From assembly GCA_049860595.1 (NCBI GenBank), contig CP187551.1: DNA of 64,000 nucleotides; one strand, 5' to 3'. Numbering within the stretch: position 1 is the stretch's first letter; every line of letters starts with the position of its first letter. A program made the position numbers and the translations under genes. Origin of the DNA: Methanocaldococcus sp. 16A (GTDB taxonomy: Archaea; AGJL01; Methanococci; Methanococcales; Methanocaldococcaceae). The notes beneath the pieces were generated by a model. It worked only from the letters and a program-made list of their open reading frames with translations, did not search any database and had not been told where the DNA came from. Below, piece by piece: positions 41,788 through 53,198 of the stretch.

Positions 41788-43134
41788 ATGAATGTCGAAC
41801 AAGCAATAGAATATGTAAAGAAGAACAATGTTAAGTTCATAAGATTTCAGTTTGTTGACATATTAGGATTCCCAAAGAACGTTGCATATCCTGTTAAAGC
41901 TGGAGAAAAGGGAATTGAAGAATTAAGAGATATCTTTGAAAATGGAGTTTGGTTTGACGGTTCATCAATTACTGGTTTTGTAGGTATTGAAGAATCAGAT
42001 ATGTTATTAAAACCAGACTTATCAACACTCTCTGTTTTACCATGGAGACCAGAAGAGAAAAGCGTTGCGAGAGTTATCTGTGATGTTTACAAAGATGAGA
42101 AAACACCATTCGAAGGAGACCCAAGAAGCAGATTAAAAGCTATTTTAAATGAGTTAAAAGAAGAAATGAATGGAGAGTTTTTCGTTGGTCCAGAGCCAGA
42201 GTTCTTCTTGTTAAAGAGAGACCCACACAACCCACACAGATGGATTCCTGCAGATGATGGTGGCTACTTCGATGTTGAGCCATTAGACGATGCTCCAGAC
42301 ATTAGAAGAGATATAGTCTTAGCTTTAGAAAACTTAGGATTCCATGTTGAAGCATCCCACCACGAAGTAGCTCCAGGACAGCACGAAGTTGATTTCAAAT
42401 TCGACAACGCTTTAAAAACTGCTGACAGTGTTGTAACCTTCAAGATGACAATTAAAAACATTGCTAAGAAACATGGCTTAAGAGCTACATTCATGCCAAA
42501 ACCATTCTTTGGAATGAACGGAAACGGAATGCACTGCCACCAGAGTGTTTGGTTTAATGGAGAACCATCATTCTACGACCCAGAAGGTCCATACAATGGA
42601 TTAAGTGAAACATGTTTAAGCTACATTGCAGGTATTTTAAGCCACGCTAAGGCATTAGTTGCTATAACAAACCCAACAGTCAACTCATACAAAAGATTGG
42701 TCCCTGGTTACGAAGCTCCAGTAAACATTGCATGGGCTAACAAGAACAGAAGTGCTATCATCAGAGTCCCAGCTGCAAGAGGAAAAGCTACAAGAATCGA
42801 GTTCAGAGCTCCAGACCCAACATGCAACCCATACTTAGCATTTGCTTGTATGTTAGCAGCTGGATTAGATGGAATTAAGAAGAAAATGGAAGCTCCAGAA
42901 CCTGTTGAGAGAAACATCTTTAGAATGTCAGAAGAAGAGAAAAAGCAGTTAGGAATTGAGTCAGTTCCTGCAAACTTGGCTGCTGCATTAGATGAGTTAG
43001 AATGTGATGAAGTCTTGCAAAAAGCTTTAGGTAAGCACATCTACGAAAACTACATGGAGATTAAGAGAGCTGAATGGGATGATTTCAGAACATCAGTTAC
43101 AGACTGGGAGTTTGGTAAATACTTAGTCTACTAA
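41788..43134 (+). CDS. glnA: Glutamine synthetase type I
   Basis: FDGSSI, GPEPEFF, HHEVAPGQHE, FMPKP, NGMHCH, SYKRLVPGYEAP and RIEFR motifs. Confidence 0.98.
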   Translation: MNVEQAIEYVKKNNVKFIRFQFVDILGFPKNVAYPVKAGEKGIEELRDIFENGVWFDGSSITGFVGIEESDMLLKPDLSTLSVLPWRPEEKSVARVICDVYKDEKTPFEGDPRSRLKAILNELKEEMNGEFFVGPEPEFFLLKRDPHNPHRWIPADDGGYFDVEPLDDAPDIRRDIVLALENLGFHVEASHHEVAPGQHEVDFKFDNALKTADSVVTFKMTIKNIAKKHGLRATFMPKPFFGMNGNGMHCHQSVWFNGEPSFYDPEGPYNGLSETCLSYIAGILSHAKALVAITNPTVNSYKRLVPGYEAPVNIAWANKNRSAIIRVPAARGKATRIEFRAPDPTCNPYLAFACMLAAGLDGIKKKMEAPEPVERNIFRMSEEEKKQLGIESVPANLAAALDELECDEVLQKALGKHIYENYMEIKRAEWDDFRTSVTDWEFGKYLVY

Positions 43135-43218
43135 ATTCCTAAATCTCTAACTTTATCTTTTTTTATTCAAACAAAATTTTAAAAATTTCAATTATTCAAT
43201 CTAAAAAAGGATGAGATT

Positions 43219-43917
43219 ATGAAAGCGATAACTGTTTTAAGTGGGGGGTTAGATTCTACAGTAGCTACATTGATAGCTAAAGATTTAGGTTATGAGATTA
43301 CAGCAATAACTTTCAATTATGGGCAGAAATCTGTTAAAAGAGAGATTAATTCAGCAAAGAAAATTTGTGAGATTTTAGGGATTGAGCATATTGTTGTTGA
43401 TTTACCTTTTATTAAGCAGTTTAAAAAAAGCTCTTTAATAACTGAAAAAGAAATTCCTTCACTAAAAATAGAAGAGTTAGATAGTGAAAAAGCTTATGAA
43501 ACAATGAAAGCAGTATGGGTTCCAGCAAGGAATTTAATAATGTTTAGTATAGCAAGTGGTTTTGCTGAGGCATTAGATGCAAAGAAGGTATTTATTGGAA
43601 TAAATAAGGAGGAAGGAGTAACTTTCCCAGACAACACAATAGAATTTGTTGAATCATTAAATAAAGCCTTAGAATATGGAACCCTAAATAAGGTTAAAAT
43701 AGAGGCTCCTTTATATGATAAAACAAAAGAGGAAATTGTTAAAATTGGTCATGAGATAGAGAAAAAGCTTGGCGTAGAGGTTTTGAAGTATAGTTATTCA
43801 TGTTATAGAGATAATGGAGAGGACTTTTTACATTGTGGGAAGTGTGAGAGTTGTATGAGGAGGAAAAGAGCTTTTTTAATATCGGGAGTTGAAGATAAAA
43901 CAAAATATATTGAATAA
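43219..43917 (+). CDS. queC: 7-cyano-7-deazaguanine synthase
   Basis: SGGLDS, YGQ, VPARN, FPD and SC...CGKCESC motifs. Confidence 0.95.
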   Translation: MKAITVLSGGLDSTVATLIAKDLGYEITAITFNYGQKSVKREINSAKKICEILGIEHIVVDLPFIKQFKKSSLITEKEIPSLKIEELDSEKAYETMKAVWVPARNLIMFSIASGFAEALDAKKVFIGINKEEGVTFPDNTIEFVESLNKALEYGTLNKVKIEAPLYDKTKEEIVKIGHEIEKKLGVEVLKYSYSCYRDNGEDFLHCGKCESCMRRKRAFLISGVEDKTKYIE

Positions 43918-43931
43918 ATTATTAATTTTTA

Positions 43932-44999
43932 TTATTCTCCTCTTTTTTTCTTCAATTCAACAAGTTTTTTAACTGCATCTAAATTAACATTCTCATCGTA
44001 GGTTATATAACCGTTATAAACAGCTCTCTTAAAGAACCCTTCTCCCCATTTGTTTCTTATTAAGACAGTTGAATATCCTTCATCACTACCTACATTACCC
44101 ACAGAAATATCTGATGTCAAGCCAGTAAAATCTTTACAAACCTTACAGCCCTCTCTCATTGCAAATTCAACATCTTTCAGCTTATATTCGATAACATCCC
44201 CGTTAACTAATGTAACCTTCAATTTTCCTGATTCAATATCCATCTTTTTAATTTCCCATGGTTCTATTCCATCTGTTTTAAGCTTTTTAATCATCTTACT
44301 ATAATCATAAGTTTCAAAACAGAATAAAGCAATTTTTAACCTTATAGCTTCCCTAAATGGCTTTAATAAATCATTATCTGATGATAGTATTTGATAAATT
44401 GCATTTATTACACATGGTGTTCCTACAACAGCCAATTTTTTTAATTTCTTATCCATAACCGCTGTTTTTAATGCTTTTAATATTGGCCCCTTCCATAGAT
44501 ATTTACTTCCAGCTGCTTTAATAACATCTTCTTTTGATAATGCTAAGCATGACTCTGGCTCTAATGTCCATTTATCATCAATCATTACAATAGCTCCATC
44601 AATTAATCCTTCATCAAATGCATTAGCTAATATAGCTGTTACAACTCCTCCATTTTGAGCATTTTTTATTTCTATGGATGCCTTTGCCTTTACAGCTTTT
44701 AATATATTTCCTAAATCTGTTGGTTTAGGAACTGACGATTTTTTTATTCTTGGACATGCATCGTAGCAAGCTCCACAAGGGACATCATAAACTACAGTTT
44801 TACAAAACTCTGCTGAAATTGGATGCTCAATAATATCTGCTGGGACTATTATGCAAGAGCAGTCATCACACTCAAACTTTACTGGACTTTCCTCTCTAAA
44901 ATATAGATTATTTACTGGACAGACAGCTACACAAGCTCCACAACCGCTACATATATTTGTATCCCAGACTTCCTCTTTTAAATTTTTATATGATTTCAT
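43932..44999 (-). CDS. FrhB/FdhB-family subunit of the glutamate synthase cluster (putative F420H2-oxidising)
   Basis: CSGCGACVAVCP, GGVVT, AGSKY, GTPC, LFC, GCKVC and DISVG motifs; co-oriented with the glt genes. Confidence 0.85.
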   Translation of the reverse strand: MKSYKNLKEEVWDTNICSGCGACVAVCPVNNLYFREESPVKFECDDCSCIIVPADIIEHPISAEFCKTVVYDVPCGACYDACPRIKKSSVPKPTDLGNILKAVKAKASIEIKNAQNGGVVTAILANAFDEGLIDGAIVMIDDKWTLEPESCLALSKEDVIKAAGSKYLWKGPILKALKTAVMDKKLKKLAVVGTPCVINAIYQILSSDNDLLKPFREAIRLKIALFCFETYDYSKMIKKLKTDGIEPWEIKKMDIESGKLKVTLVNGDVIEYKLKDVEFAMREGCKVCKDFTGLTSDISVGNVGSDEGYSTVLIRNKWGEGFFKRAVYNGYITYDENVNLDAVKKLVELKKKRGE

Positions 45000-45085
45000 T
45001 AATCTCACCTAAGGCCTATTTTGGTGTTTCTTCTCCTAATAATCTTAAAAAATTGATAAAAATTTTGATATATCACTACATAAAA

Positions 45086-45862
45086 TTACATTAAGTCAGG
45101 AGTATAGAGTTTTCCAAATGGTCTCTTTGAAATTGGTGCTATTTTTGTCCATTTTGAATTTAACAATTTATTTTTAACATCTTCTGGCAGATTAAACCAT
45201 TTGCAGAATTCTTCAATATATGGTTTTATTTTTTCTAAATCTTCTTGAGTAAATTCTTTTATATCAGCTGCAACACCTAATTGGTCTTTGTCTATCTCCC
45301 CTCTAATGTAAATAGCTCCTCCATGAATTCCAGTTCCTATCATTCTTCCCTTAACTTTTCCTAAGTCATTTCCTTTTTCATCAATGTTTAAAACAATTAT
45401 AATACCTCCAGCCATATATTCTCCTAAGAAATCCTTAGCTCTTCCTCCTATCACAAGAACAGGGACTTTATCTTTATAAGCTTTCATATGTATACCGCTT
45501 CTATAACCAACATCCCCTCTAACAAAAACCTTTCCTCCTCTCATTGAATGGGCTGTTACATCTCCACTACTACCATAGATAACTATTGTTCCATCATCCA
45601 TAGTGTTTCCTGGGGCAAATTCAGCATTTCCATGAACTATTATTGTAGGACCGCTCATAAACATTCCTAAATCTCCGCCAGGAATTCCGTAAATCTCTAT
45701 AGTCAAATCCTTCTTCTGTAATCCATTCCCAATAAATCTCTGCCCTAAAACATTTTTCAATACAATTTTTTTGATATCAGGATTTTCTTTTAAAATTTGG
45801 TGTATTTTTTCATTTAACTCCCTATAATGCATGTCCTTTGCATCTATAACAACCTCTTCCAT
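45086..45862 (-). CDS. Glutamate synthase GXGXG-domain subunit
   Basis: GQRFIG, repeated G-rich beta-helix motifs and GEYMAGG. Confidence 0.9.
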   Translation of the reverse strand: MEEVVIDAKDMHYRELNEKIHQILKENPDIKKIVLKNVLGQRFIGNGLQKKDLTIEIYGIPGGDLGMFMSGPTIIVHGNAEFAPGNTMDDGTIVIYGSSGDVTAHSMRGGKVFVRGDVGYRSGIHMKAYKDKVPVLVIGGRAKDFLGEYMAGGIIIVLNIDEKGNDLGKVKGRMIGTGIHGGAIYIRGEIDKDQLGVAADIKEFTQEDLEKIKPYIEEFCKWFNLPEDVKNKLLNSKWTKIAPISKRPFGKLYTPDLM

Positions 45863-45894
45863 GTCTTTCACCTTTTAAAAAATTGAAAATATTT

Positions 45895-47427
45895 TTACTC
45901 TCCAGCAGCTTTTATTCCTAAAACTTCTAACTCCTTCTCATTTAGTCCAACTCCTCTCAACCTATCTCTGTTTCCTCTTAAGCTTTCAATTGAGTTAATT
46001 CCAGCAGCTCCTAAGAGTTCTTTAATTTCATGTGTCCATGCTTTAATTAAGTTAGCAACTCTTTTAGCTCCAACTTCTGGGTCTAATCTCTTAACTAACT
46101 CTGGTCTTTGTGTAGCTATTCCCCAAGCACACAATCCAGTGTAACATCTTCCACAAACTCTACAGCCAAGAGCAACCATTGCAGCAGTTCCAATATAAAC
46201 AGCATCTGCTCCTAAAGCTATAGCTTTAAATACATCTGCTGAACATCTGATTCCTCCACTTGCTATAATACTGATTTCATTTCTCAACCCTTCCTCTCTC
46301 AATCTTTGGTCTACTGCGGCAATAGCCATCTCTATTGGAATTCCTACATGGTCTCTAAATACCTTTGGAGCAGCTCCAGTACCTCCCTTATATCCATCAA
46401 TAACAACTGCATCAGCATCACTTGTTGCTATTCCAACAGCTATAGCTGGGGCATTATGGACTGCTGCAATTTTAACAAACACTGGCTTTTTCCATCTTGT
46501 TGCTTCTTTTAAACTTCTAACTAATTGAGCCAAATCCTCAATTGAGTAAATGTCATGATGAGGAGCTGGAGAAATTGCATCAGAACCTTCAGGAATCATT
46601 CTTGTTGCAGATATTTCAGCAGTAACTTTCTCTCCAGGCAAGTGCCCTCCAATTCCTGGCTTAGCCCCTTGTCCTATTTTAATCTCTATTGCAGAACCTT
46701 TCATTAAATATTCTTCATTAACTCCGAATCTTCCACTTGCAACTTGTGTAATTATGTGGTCAGCATAAGGATAGAGAGCTTTTGGCAACCCTCCTTCACC
46801 AGTTCCCATGAATGTTCCACATTCTTTAACTGCTTTAGCAAATGATAAGTGAGCGTTTAAAGATAAAGCCCCATAGGACATGTGAGCAATCATTATTGGC
46901 GTATCTAACTTTAAGTTTGGAGCTATTTTTGTTTTTAACTTAGCTTTTTTAATCTTCTTACCATCAATCTCCTCTTCAACAAATTCAAACTCTAATTGCT
47001 TTGGTTTTTTACCAATGTAGGTTCTCAATTCCATTGGCTCTCTTAGAGGGTCGATAGATGGATTTGTAACTTGGCAAGCATCTAAAACAATCTTATCAAA
47101 ATAGATTGGATGGTCTTTAGCGTTAGCCATTCCACTCAATAAAATACATCCTGTTTTTGCTTGGTTGTAAATATCTGCTCTCGCATCGATATCCCATAAT
47201 GGATGGCTTCTCCAAGATACAGCATTTTCTTTAATTGTTATAGCATCTCTTGGACACATAGCAACACATCTATGGCAAGCTCCGCATCTGTTTGAATAAC
47301 TAATTATTCTATCTCCTTCTCTTCTATGAACTCCCCAAGAACACTCTATTGTACATCTTTCACATAGCATACATTTGTTTGGGTCTACCTCTACCTTATA
47401 CTTTGGTGGAACATAGCTTGGAATCAT
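45895..47427 (-). CDS. gltB: Archaeal glutamate synthase FMN-binding subunit with N-terminal ferredoxin
   Basis: MSYGALS, TGEGG, EIKIGQGAKPG, HHDIYSIEDL, GGTGAAP and CRVCGRCYTGLC motifs. Confidence 0.93.
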   Translation of the reverse strand: MIPSYVPPKYKVEVDPNKCMLCERCTIECSWGVHRREGDRIISYSNRCGACHRCVAMCPRDAITIKENAVSWRSHPLWDIDARADIYNQAKTGCILLSGMANAKDHPIYFDKIVLDACQVTNPSIDPLREPMELRTYIGKKPKQLEFEFVEEEIDGKKIKKAKLKTKIAPNLKLDTPIMIAHMSYGALSLNAHLSFAKAVKECGTFMGTGEGGLPKALYPYADHIITQVASGRFGVNEEYLMKGSAIEIKIGQGAKPGIGGHLPGEKVTAEISATRMIPEGSDAISPAPHHDIYSIEDLAQLVRSLKEATRWKKPVFVKIAAVHNAPAIAVGIATSDADAVVIDGYKGGTGAAPKVFRDHVGIPIEMAIAAVDQRLREEGLRNEISIIASGGIRCSADVFKAIALGADAVYIGTAAMVALGCRVCGRCYTGLCAWGIATQRPELVKRLDPEVGAKRVANLIKAWTHEIKELLGAAGINSIESLRGNRDRLRGVGLNEKELEVLGIKAAGE

Positions 47428-47488
47428 GTTTTCACATCCCAAGTATTTTTTTTGATATTATTTGTTTTATTGTTATGTTGAGCATATT

Positions 47489-48577
47489 TTATTTCCAAGG
47501 TCTTGCAATAACTGGCATTCCAGCATCAGGCATCCAAACTCTATCTAAATCAGGGCATATTCTTCTTATGGCAGATTCCTCACTTGAAATAAATAGCATA
47601 TCATCTTTTTCAGCAGCTATTAAAGGTCTTAACTTAATTCTATCTGTTAAACCAAACATAGTTGTATCTTTTTCAACGTCTCCATTCATGAATAACAAAC
47701 CATGCGGTGTTCCAGCAGCAATAGCGAAAGGCCCATTTAGCATGGCTCCTCCATAAGTTAATCTTATTGCGGTATGCAATTCTCTCTCTTCCTCTGGCAT
47801 CTTATCTATCTCATCCCAGAATCTTGGTGCTAAAGCAGATAATGCATATTCAACAGGGATTTTGTGTTTTCTCATCAATAAATCTAAGATATAGGCAACA
47901 ACTTCAGTATCAGTCAATAATCTACACTTATAACCAAACATTTCAACAAATCTCTTGTTTGTTCCATAGCTTGTTATCTCTCCATTATGAACTACACTCC
48001 AATTTAATAAATTGAATGGGTGAGCTCCTCCCCACCATGCCTTTGTGTTTGTTGGATATCTTGCATGAGCTAACCACATATAACCTTCATATTTATCTAT
48101 TCTGTAAAACTCAGCAACCTCATTTGGCCATCCAACGGCTTTAAAAACACCTAAATCTTTACCACTTGAAATGACAAAAGCTCCATCAATCTTATCGTTT
48201 ATCTCCATAACGATATCTACGACAACATCTTCTTCTCTATCTGAATATTTTTCATCAACTTCATAGAAGTATCTCCAAGGAATCTGGACTTTTTCAATTA
48301 TTCCATCCTCTGTTGGAATTTCCTCATCTTTAACTATAGTCCCATACTGTTCTAAAACATTCTCAACTTCCACCTTTATCTTTTCAAATTTTGGGGTGTT
48401 GTCAATTAAAATATGGAAAGCATAGCAATCTTTATATTTTGTTGGGTATATCCCATAACCTACATAACCAGAACCTTTTCCGTTTCCCCTCTCTTTTAAA
48501 CTATCTAAAGCTAAGGCTATCTTGTCCCCTTTTATCATTCTTTTTTTTCTACTCATAAAACCGATAATACCACACAT
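47489..48577 (-). CDS. Glutamate synthase glutamine amidotransferase (class II) subunit
   Basis: MCGI N-terminal nucleophile, [20 protein letters not shown] and NGPF motifs. Confidence 0.92.
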   Translation of the reverse strand: MCGIIGFMSRKKRMIKGDKIALALDSLKERGNGKGSGYVGYGIYPTKYKDCYAFHILIDNTPKFEKIKVEVENVLEQYGTIVKDEEIPTEDGIIEKVQIPWRYFYEVDEKYSDREEDVVVDIVMEINDKIDGAFVISSGKDLGVFKAVGWPNEVAEFYRIDKYEGYMWLAHARYPTNTKAWWGGAHPFNLLNWSVVHNGEITSYGTNKRFVEMFGYKCRLLTDTEVVAYILDLLMRKHKIPVEYALSALAPRFWDEIDKMPEEERELHTAIRLTYGGAMLNGPFAIAAGTPHGLLFMNGDVEKDTTMFGLTDRIKLRPLIAAEKDDMLFISSEESAIRRICPDLDRVWMPDAGMPVIARPWK

Positions 48578-48743
48578 AAACAACCCTCCATAATTAGGTA
48601 TAAAAGAGATAGTTTTTGGGTTTTGTAAATATTGGTTGAAGTTATATTTAAATAATTATGGTTTGAAAAGTATTTATTATAAATTCCAATATAAAAATCA
48701 ATATTCTTAATGGCTTTTGTCTTTCAATAATTTTGATTGATAG

Positions 48744-48841
48744 TAATAGGATTTTCGCAGGAATAAATATTAAAAGGCATTTTTGATGCCTTTAGCATCA
48801 TTTTTTCATTACTTAATATATAAACTGCGAAAGTCCTATTA
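48744..48841. mobile_element. MITE-like element, family A
   Basis: Terminal inverted repeats TAATAGGATTTTCGCAG...CTGCGAAAGTCCTATTA around an internal GATGC-CTTTA-GCATC hairpin; related ends recur elsewhere in the window. Confidence 0.75.
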
Positions 48842-50093
48842 GCAAGTCATCATATCCATAACTTTTTAGTAAATCCTCAATATTTTTAACAGTTTTTTTA
48901 ACTCTTTCCATGTAATCTTCTCCATTTATATTTGCATATTCTTGAACTAATAGAACAATGTCTAAAGATTTTTTAAATATTTTTATAAAATCATCTTTAT
49001 CAAGAATTTTTATGCTTTCCTTTATAATCACTTCTAAAATATTCAGCAACTCATCAAAAAATTTATAAATTTTATCGTTTGGAGTTTTTGTTAATAATTC
49101 CTCTGAAATTTTATTTAAATTTTTTAAAGCGTATAATACAATTATTTTTATCCTACTTTTATTTTCAGTATTAATATTAGCTAATACTATTTTTTTTATT
49201 CCTTTTAATGCATAAATTGCTCTATTTACATTGTTAGATAGCTCATAAGCAATTATCTTTTTTAAGGATATCATTGCCTCTCTGGTAATTGAAATTGGTG
49301 AATCTGTGGATAAACAGGCTATTTTAACAATAATATCAATGTATATCCTAAAAAACCTCTCATCTTGGTTTTTTGTTTTAGCATTTAGCTCTTCATAATA
49401 ACTTCCTAATAAAATCATCGCATTTCTTACAGTCATATAATGTTTTAAATATAATGCCTTTTCTATTATATAATAAACTGTTCTTAAAGGATTCCTTGGA
49501 ATATCTTTTGCTGATTGGTAATTCACATATTCAGAATTCACTAACCTATAGTTTTCAATTTCCTTCTTATCAATTGATTTTATTAACTTCTCTATAACAA
49601 CTTCAGGTCTTAAATTGTAGATTGTGCTTTTTATATATGGGATTACAATTAAAAAATCAAAGTATGCAAAGAAAAACACTAAAGCTACTAAAAAATTGTA
49701 TGGAATTGTGAAACTTCCAATAATAATATCTTTTTTTACTGGTAAAAAACCTAAAGCAAAAACCTCATAACCCATTGAAATTAAATAAGATAAAATAAAT
49801 GCCCAAAATGTTTTGTTTAATATTATATGCCCAATTCTTGTTGAATATTGCTGACTAACCATCTGTATAGCAATAATTGTAATTGAAACTATTATTCCAA
49901 TCATCCCTGCCTGAGTTTGTAGTAAAGCGCTTAAAATATATCTAACATTATCTGAAAATCCCTCATCCCAAGAAAAGCAGTGTATGGAGATTATTGCAAG
50001 GATTACTGCAATTATTGAAATAAAAATTATATTTTTTAACTCATCCTCTTTAAATCTTTCAACAATTCTCAATAAATCCAAGTTTATCACCAA
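48813..50093 (-). CDS. DUF2254-like membrane protein
   Basis: Four N-terminal TM segments with AIQMVSQQYS and NLRPE, followed by a helical soluble domain. Confidence 0.7.
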   Translation of the reverse strand: MVINLDLLRIVERFKEDELKNIIFISIIAVILAIISIHCFSWDEGFSDNVRYILSALLQTQAGMIGIIVSITIIAIQMVSQQYSTRIGHIILNKTFWAFILSYLISMGYEVFALGFLPVKKDIIIGSFTIPYNFLVALVFFFAYFDFLIVIPYIKSTIYNLRPEVVIEKLIKSIDKKEIENYRLVNSEYVNYQSAKDIPRNPLRTVYYIIEKALYLKHYMTVRNAMILLGSYYEELNAKTKNQDERFFRIYIDIIVKIACLSTDSPISITREAMISLKKIIAYELSNNVNRAIYALKGIKKIVLANINTENKSRIKIIVLYALKNLNKISEELLTKTPNDKIYKFFDELLNILEVIIKESIKILDKDDFIKIFKKSLDIVLLVQEYANINGEDYMERVKKTVKNIEDLLKSYGYDDLLIGLSQFIY

Positions 50094-50147
50094 ATTAGTT
50101 AAAATTTAAAAGGCCTTTAGTAGAGAATTAATTTTTAAAGACATAGT

Positions 50148-50161
50148 GCGAAAGTCCTATT
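50148..50161. repeat. Solo family-A terminal repeat
   Basis: GCGAAAGTCCTATT matches the right end of the element at 48744-48841. Confidence 0.55.
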
Positions 50162-50195
50162 TAAAAATAGTAAGAAAATTTATAAATTTAATTAG

Positions 50196-50957
50196 TTAAA
50201 TCTCTGGTGTTGGAGGAAGAGTTCTTTTATGCTCACTCTTTTTAATTAAATCAAATACATGTTCAACATCATCTATTGGGATATTTAGCTCTTTAGAAAT
50301 TTCTTCTGCAGATTTGCCTTCTTCATACAATTTCAATATTTTATCTAAAGTTTCATATTTAATGCCAAGCTCTCCCTCATCAGTTTGCCCTTCCCAAAGC
50401 CCAGCTGATGGAGGTTTTTCAATAATCTCTTTTGGAACACCAAGATATTTAGCAAGCTCTCTAACCTCTGTTTTAAACAAATTACCTATTGGTCTTATAT
50501 CACAAGCAATATCCCCATGCTTTGTACCATAACCAACATAAATCTCTGATTTATTAGAAGTTCCTGCAACTAATAAATTGTATTTGTTTGCAAAGTAATA
50601 GAGAATACACATTCTAATTCTTGCCTTTAAATTTCCATCAGCTATTTTATCAAATTCTTTTGTTGGAACATAACCTCCAGCTCCAAATGCTTTTAAAATA
50701 TCAGTTATATCTGAGATAATATATTTTATTCCTAAACGCTCAGCAACCATCTTTGCATGTCCAACATCTCTTGGATTAGTGTTTTTCTCTGGCATTATTA
50801 TTCCAAGAACCTTATCTTTTCCAAGTGCTTGAACGCATAGATAGGCAGTAACTGAAGAATCAATACCACCACTCAATCCAACAACAACTCCATTAGCCTT
50901 TGCTTCCTCAACCTTCTCTTTGATAAAATTCGTTATTTTTTTAACAATCTCTTCCAT
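50196..50957 (-). CDS. nadE: NH3-dependent NAD+ synthetase
   Basis: GLSGGIDS, GNLKARIRM, GYGTKHGD and PSAGLWEGQTDE. ATG at 50957. Confidence 0.96.
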   Translation of the reverse strand: MEEIVKKITNFIKEKVEEAKANGVVVGLSGGIDSSVTAYLCVQALGKDKVLGIIMPEKNTNPRDVGHAKMVAERLGIKYIISDITDILKAFGAGGYVPTKEFDKIADGNLKARIRMCILYYFANKYNLLVAGTSNKSEIYVGYGTKHGDIACDIRPIGNLFKTEVRELAKYLGVPKEIIEKPPSAGLWEGQTDEGELGIKYETLDKILKLYEEGKSAEEISKELNIPIDDVEHVFDLIKKSEHKRTLPPTPEI

Positions 50958-51009
50958 TTTCTCACCTATATTAATAGGAAATATATTTCCTATTTTAGTA
51001 TATAAATTT

Positions 51010-53037
51010 TTATAAGTTAATTTTTTCAATCTTTACGGCACATGCTTTAAGCTCTGGAATCTTACATAGCTCATCTAATGAAGTATTAGTCAATAAATTA
51101 GGATTTGCTTCAACAAAGTGGAATGGCATAAATACTACTCCTTTTTTGATATCTTCAGTAATTTTTGCCTTTACAATTAACTCTCCTCTTCTTGAACTAA
51201 CCTTTATTAAATCTCCATCTCTAATTTTTAGTAATTTGGCATCATCAGGATTTATCTCTATGAAGGGCTCATTAATCTCTTCAACTAAATTTCTACTTCT
51301 TCTTGTCATTGTTCCTGTATGGTAATGAAAAATAATCCTACCTGTGGTTAAGATGAATGGATAATCTTTATTAGGTAATTCAGCTATTTCTCTATACTCA
51401 ACAGGAAATATTTTTCCTCTACCATTATCTGTTAAAAATCTATCTCTATACAAAATTTTTGTCCCTACATAATTTTCATCCAAACAAGGCCAGTGAATTC
51501 CTCCAGTTTTTAATCTATTATAAGTTATTCCTCTATATTGAGGAACAGTTATTCTAATCTCATTGAATATGTCTTCAGCCATATTATAGTTGAATTTATA
51601 TTTATAATCAAGTTTTTCAGCCAATTTTTTAATTATTATCCAATCTTCTAAAGCTTTTCCTGGTGGATCTATAGCTTTTCTTATTAATTGAACTCTTCTA
51701 TCAGTATTTGTAAATGTTCCATCTTTCTCTGCCCAACATGCAGCTGGCAACACTATATCTGCCAATTCAGCTGTTTCAGTTAAGAATATATCCTGAACTA
51801 CTAAAAAATCTAAGCTTTTTAATGCCTTTTCAACATGCTTAACATCTGGGTCTGAAACCATTGGATTCTCTCCAACAATATATAAAGATTTAATTTCTCT
51901 TCCAGCCTTTTCAATCATTTCTGGTATAGTTAAACCAGGATTTGGATTTAAATCAGTTCTCCAATACTCTTCAAATAATTTATAGCTATCTTCAACTTTC
52001 TGATAGCCAGGAAATACATTTGGCAAAGCTCCCATATCACAAGCTCCTTGGACATTATTCTGCCCTCTTAATGGATTAACTCCAGCTCCTTCTTTACCAA
52101 TATTTCCTGTTATCATAGCTAAATTACATAATGCTTTAACAGCATCAACACCATGTGTAAATTGAGTAACTCCCATACAGTATATTATAGATGCCTTCTC
52201 AGCATTTCCATAAATTTTGGCACTCTCAATTATTAGCTCTTTATCAACTCCGCATATTTTTGAGGCATACTCTGGATTATATTTTTCAACAACCTCTTTT
52301 AATTTCTCAAAGTTTTCAGTTCTATTTTTTATAAATTCTTCATCTATCAATCCTTCTTTTATAATTACATGAATCATGGCATTTATTAAAGCTACATTTG
52401 TCCCAGGAATTATTTGAAGATATATATCAGAGTTTTTTGCAGTCATTGTTTTTCTTGGGTCAATAACAATAATCTTCGCCCCTTTATCTTTAGCTCGCAT
52501 TATTCTTCTTGCAATTAATGGATGTTGTTCAAAAGTATTAGAGCCAATTATCAATATGCAATCTGCTTTTTCTATATCTTCTATAGTGTTTGTCATAGCA
52601 CCAGACCCGAAGCATGCACTCATTCCAGTAACAGTTGCTGAGTGTCAAAGCCTTGCACAATGGTCAATATTGTTTGTCTTTAAAACAACTCTTGCAAATT
52701 TTTGTAAAATGTAGTTGTCTTCATTTGTGCATCTTGCAGATGAGAAAAAGCCAATTTCATCTCTATAGGCCTTTAAATATTCTGCTATTATGTTTAGTGC
52801 TTTATTCCAAGTAGTTTCAACAAAACCACTTTCTTTTTTTATCAATGGCTTTGTTAATCTATCTTTGCTATGTATAAATTGATAACAATAATTTCCTTTA
52901 GCACACAACTTTCCCTCGTTTATTGGATGCCTTTTGTTAGGATGAACACCAACAACTCTATTATTTTTAACTATTAAACCTAAACCACAACCAACACCAC
53001 AATAAGGGCATATAGTATTTACAATCTTAAATTCCAT
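51010..53037 (-). CDS. fdhA: Formate dehydrogenase alpha subunit, selenocysteine-containing (UGA at 52645-52647)
   Basis: The two ORFs are in frame and joined by one TGA, reading DHCARL-U-HSATVTG. N-terminal CPYCGVGC...[11 protein letters not shown] and C-terminal LTTGR/MPFH motifs; 675 aa. Confidence 0.96.
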
Positions 53038-53085
53038 GGTTTCACCTATTTTTTTATATTTTGGTGCATGCTTCGGGTCTTTTTT

Positions 53086-53120
53086 CGCCACCTGCTCCTA
53101 AAAAGGTTCGCAGGGTGGCG
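53086..53120 (-). promoter_or_regulatory. Archaeal SECIS element in the 5' UTR of fdhA
   Basis: Minus strand reads CGCCAC-C-CUGC-GAA-CCU-UUUU-AGG-A-GCAG-GUGGCG: a GC-rich helix, GAA/A internal loop and 3-bp apical stem. Confidence 0.9.
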
Positions 53121-53198
53121 GGTGCTATGACATAAATAATTCAATAAAATAGAGTCATTTTTAACTAAAATTTTTAAATTTTAATTTAAAATTGATTA

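Noticed and set aside
52645-52647. fdhA as a pseudogene or two genes
   Set aside because: The TGA sits exactly at the catalytic Sec position, both parts are in frame, and a SECIS is present.
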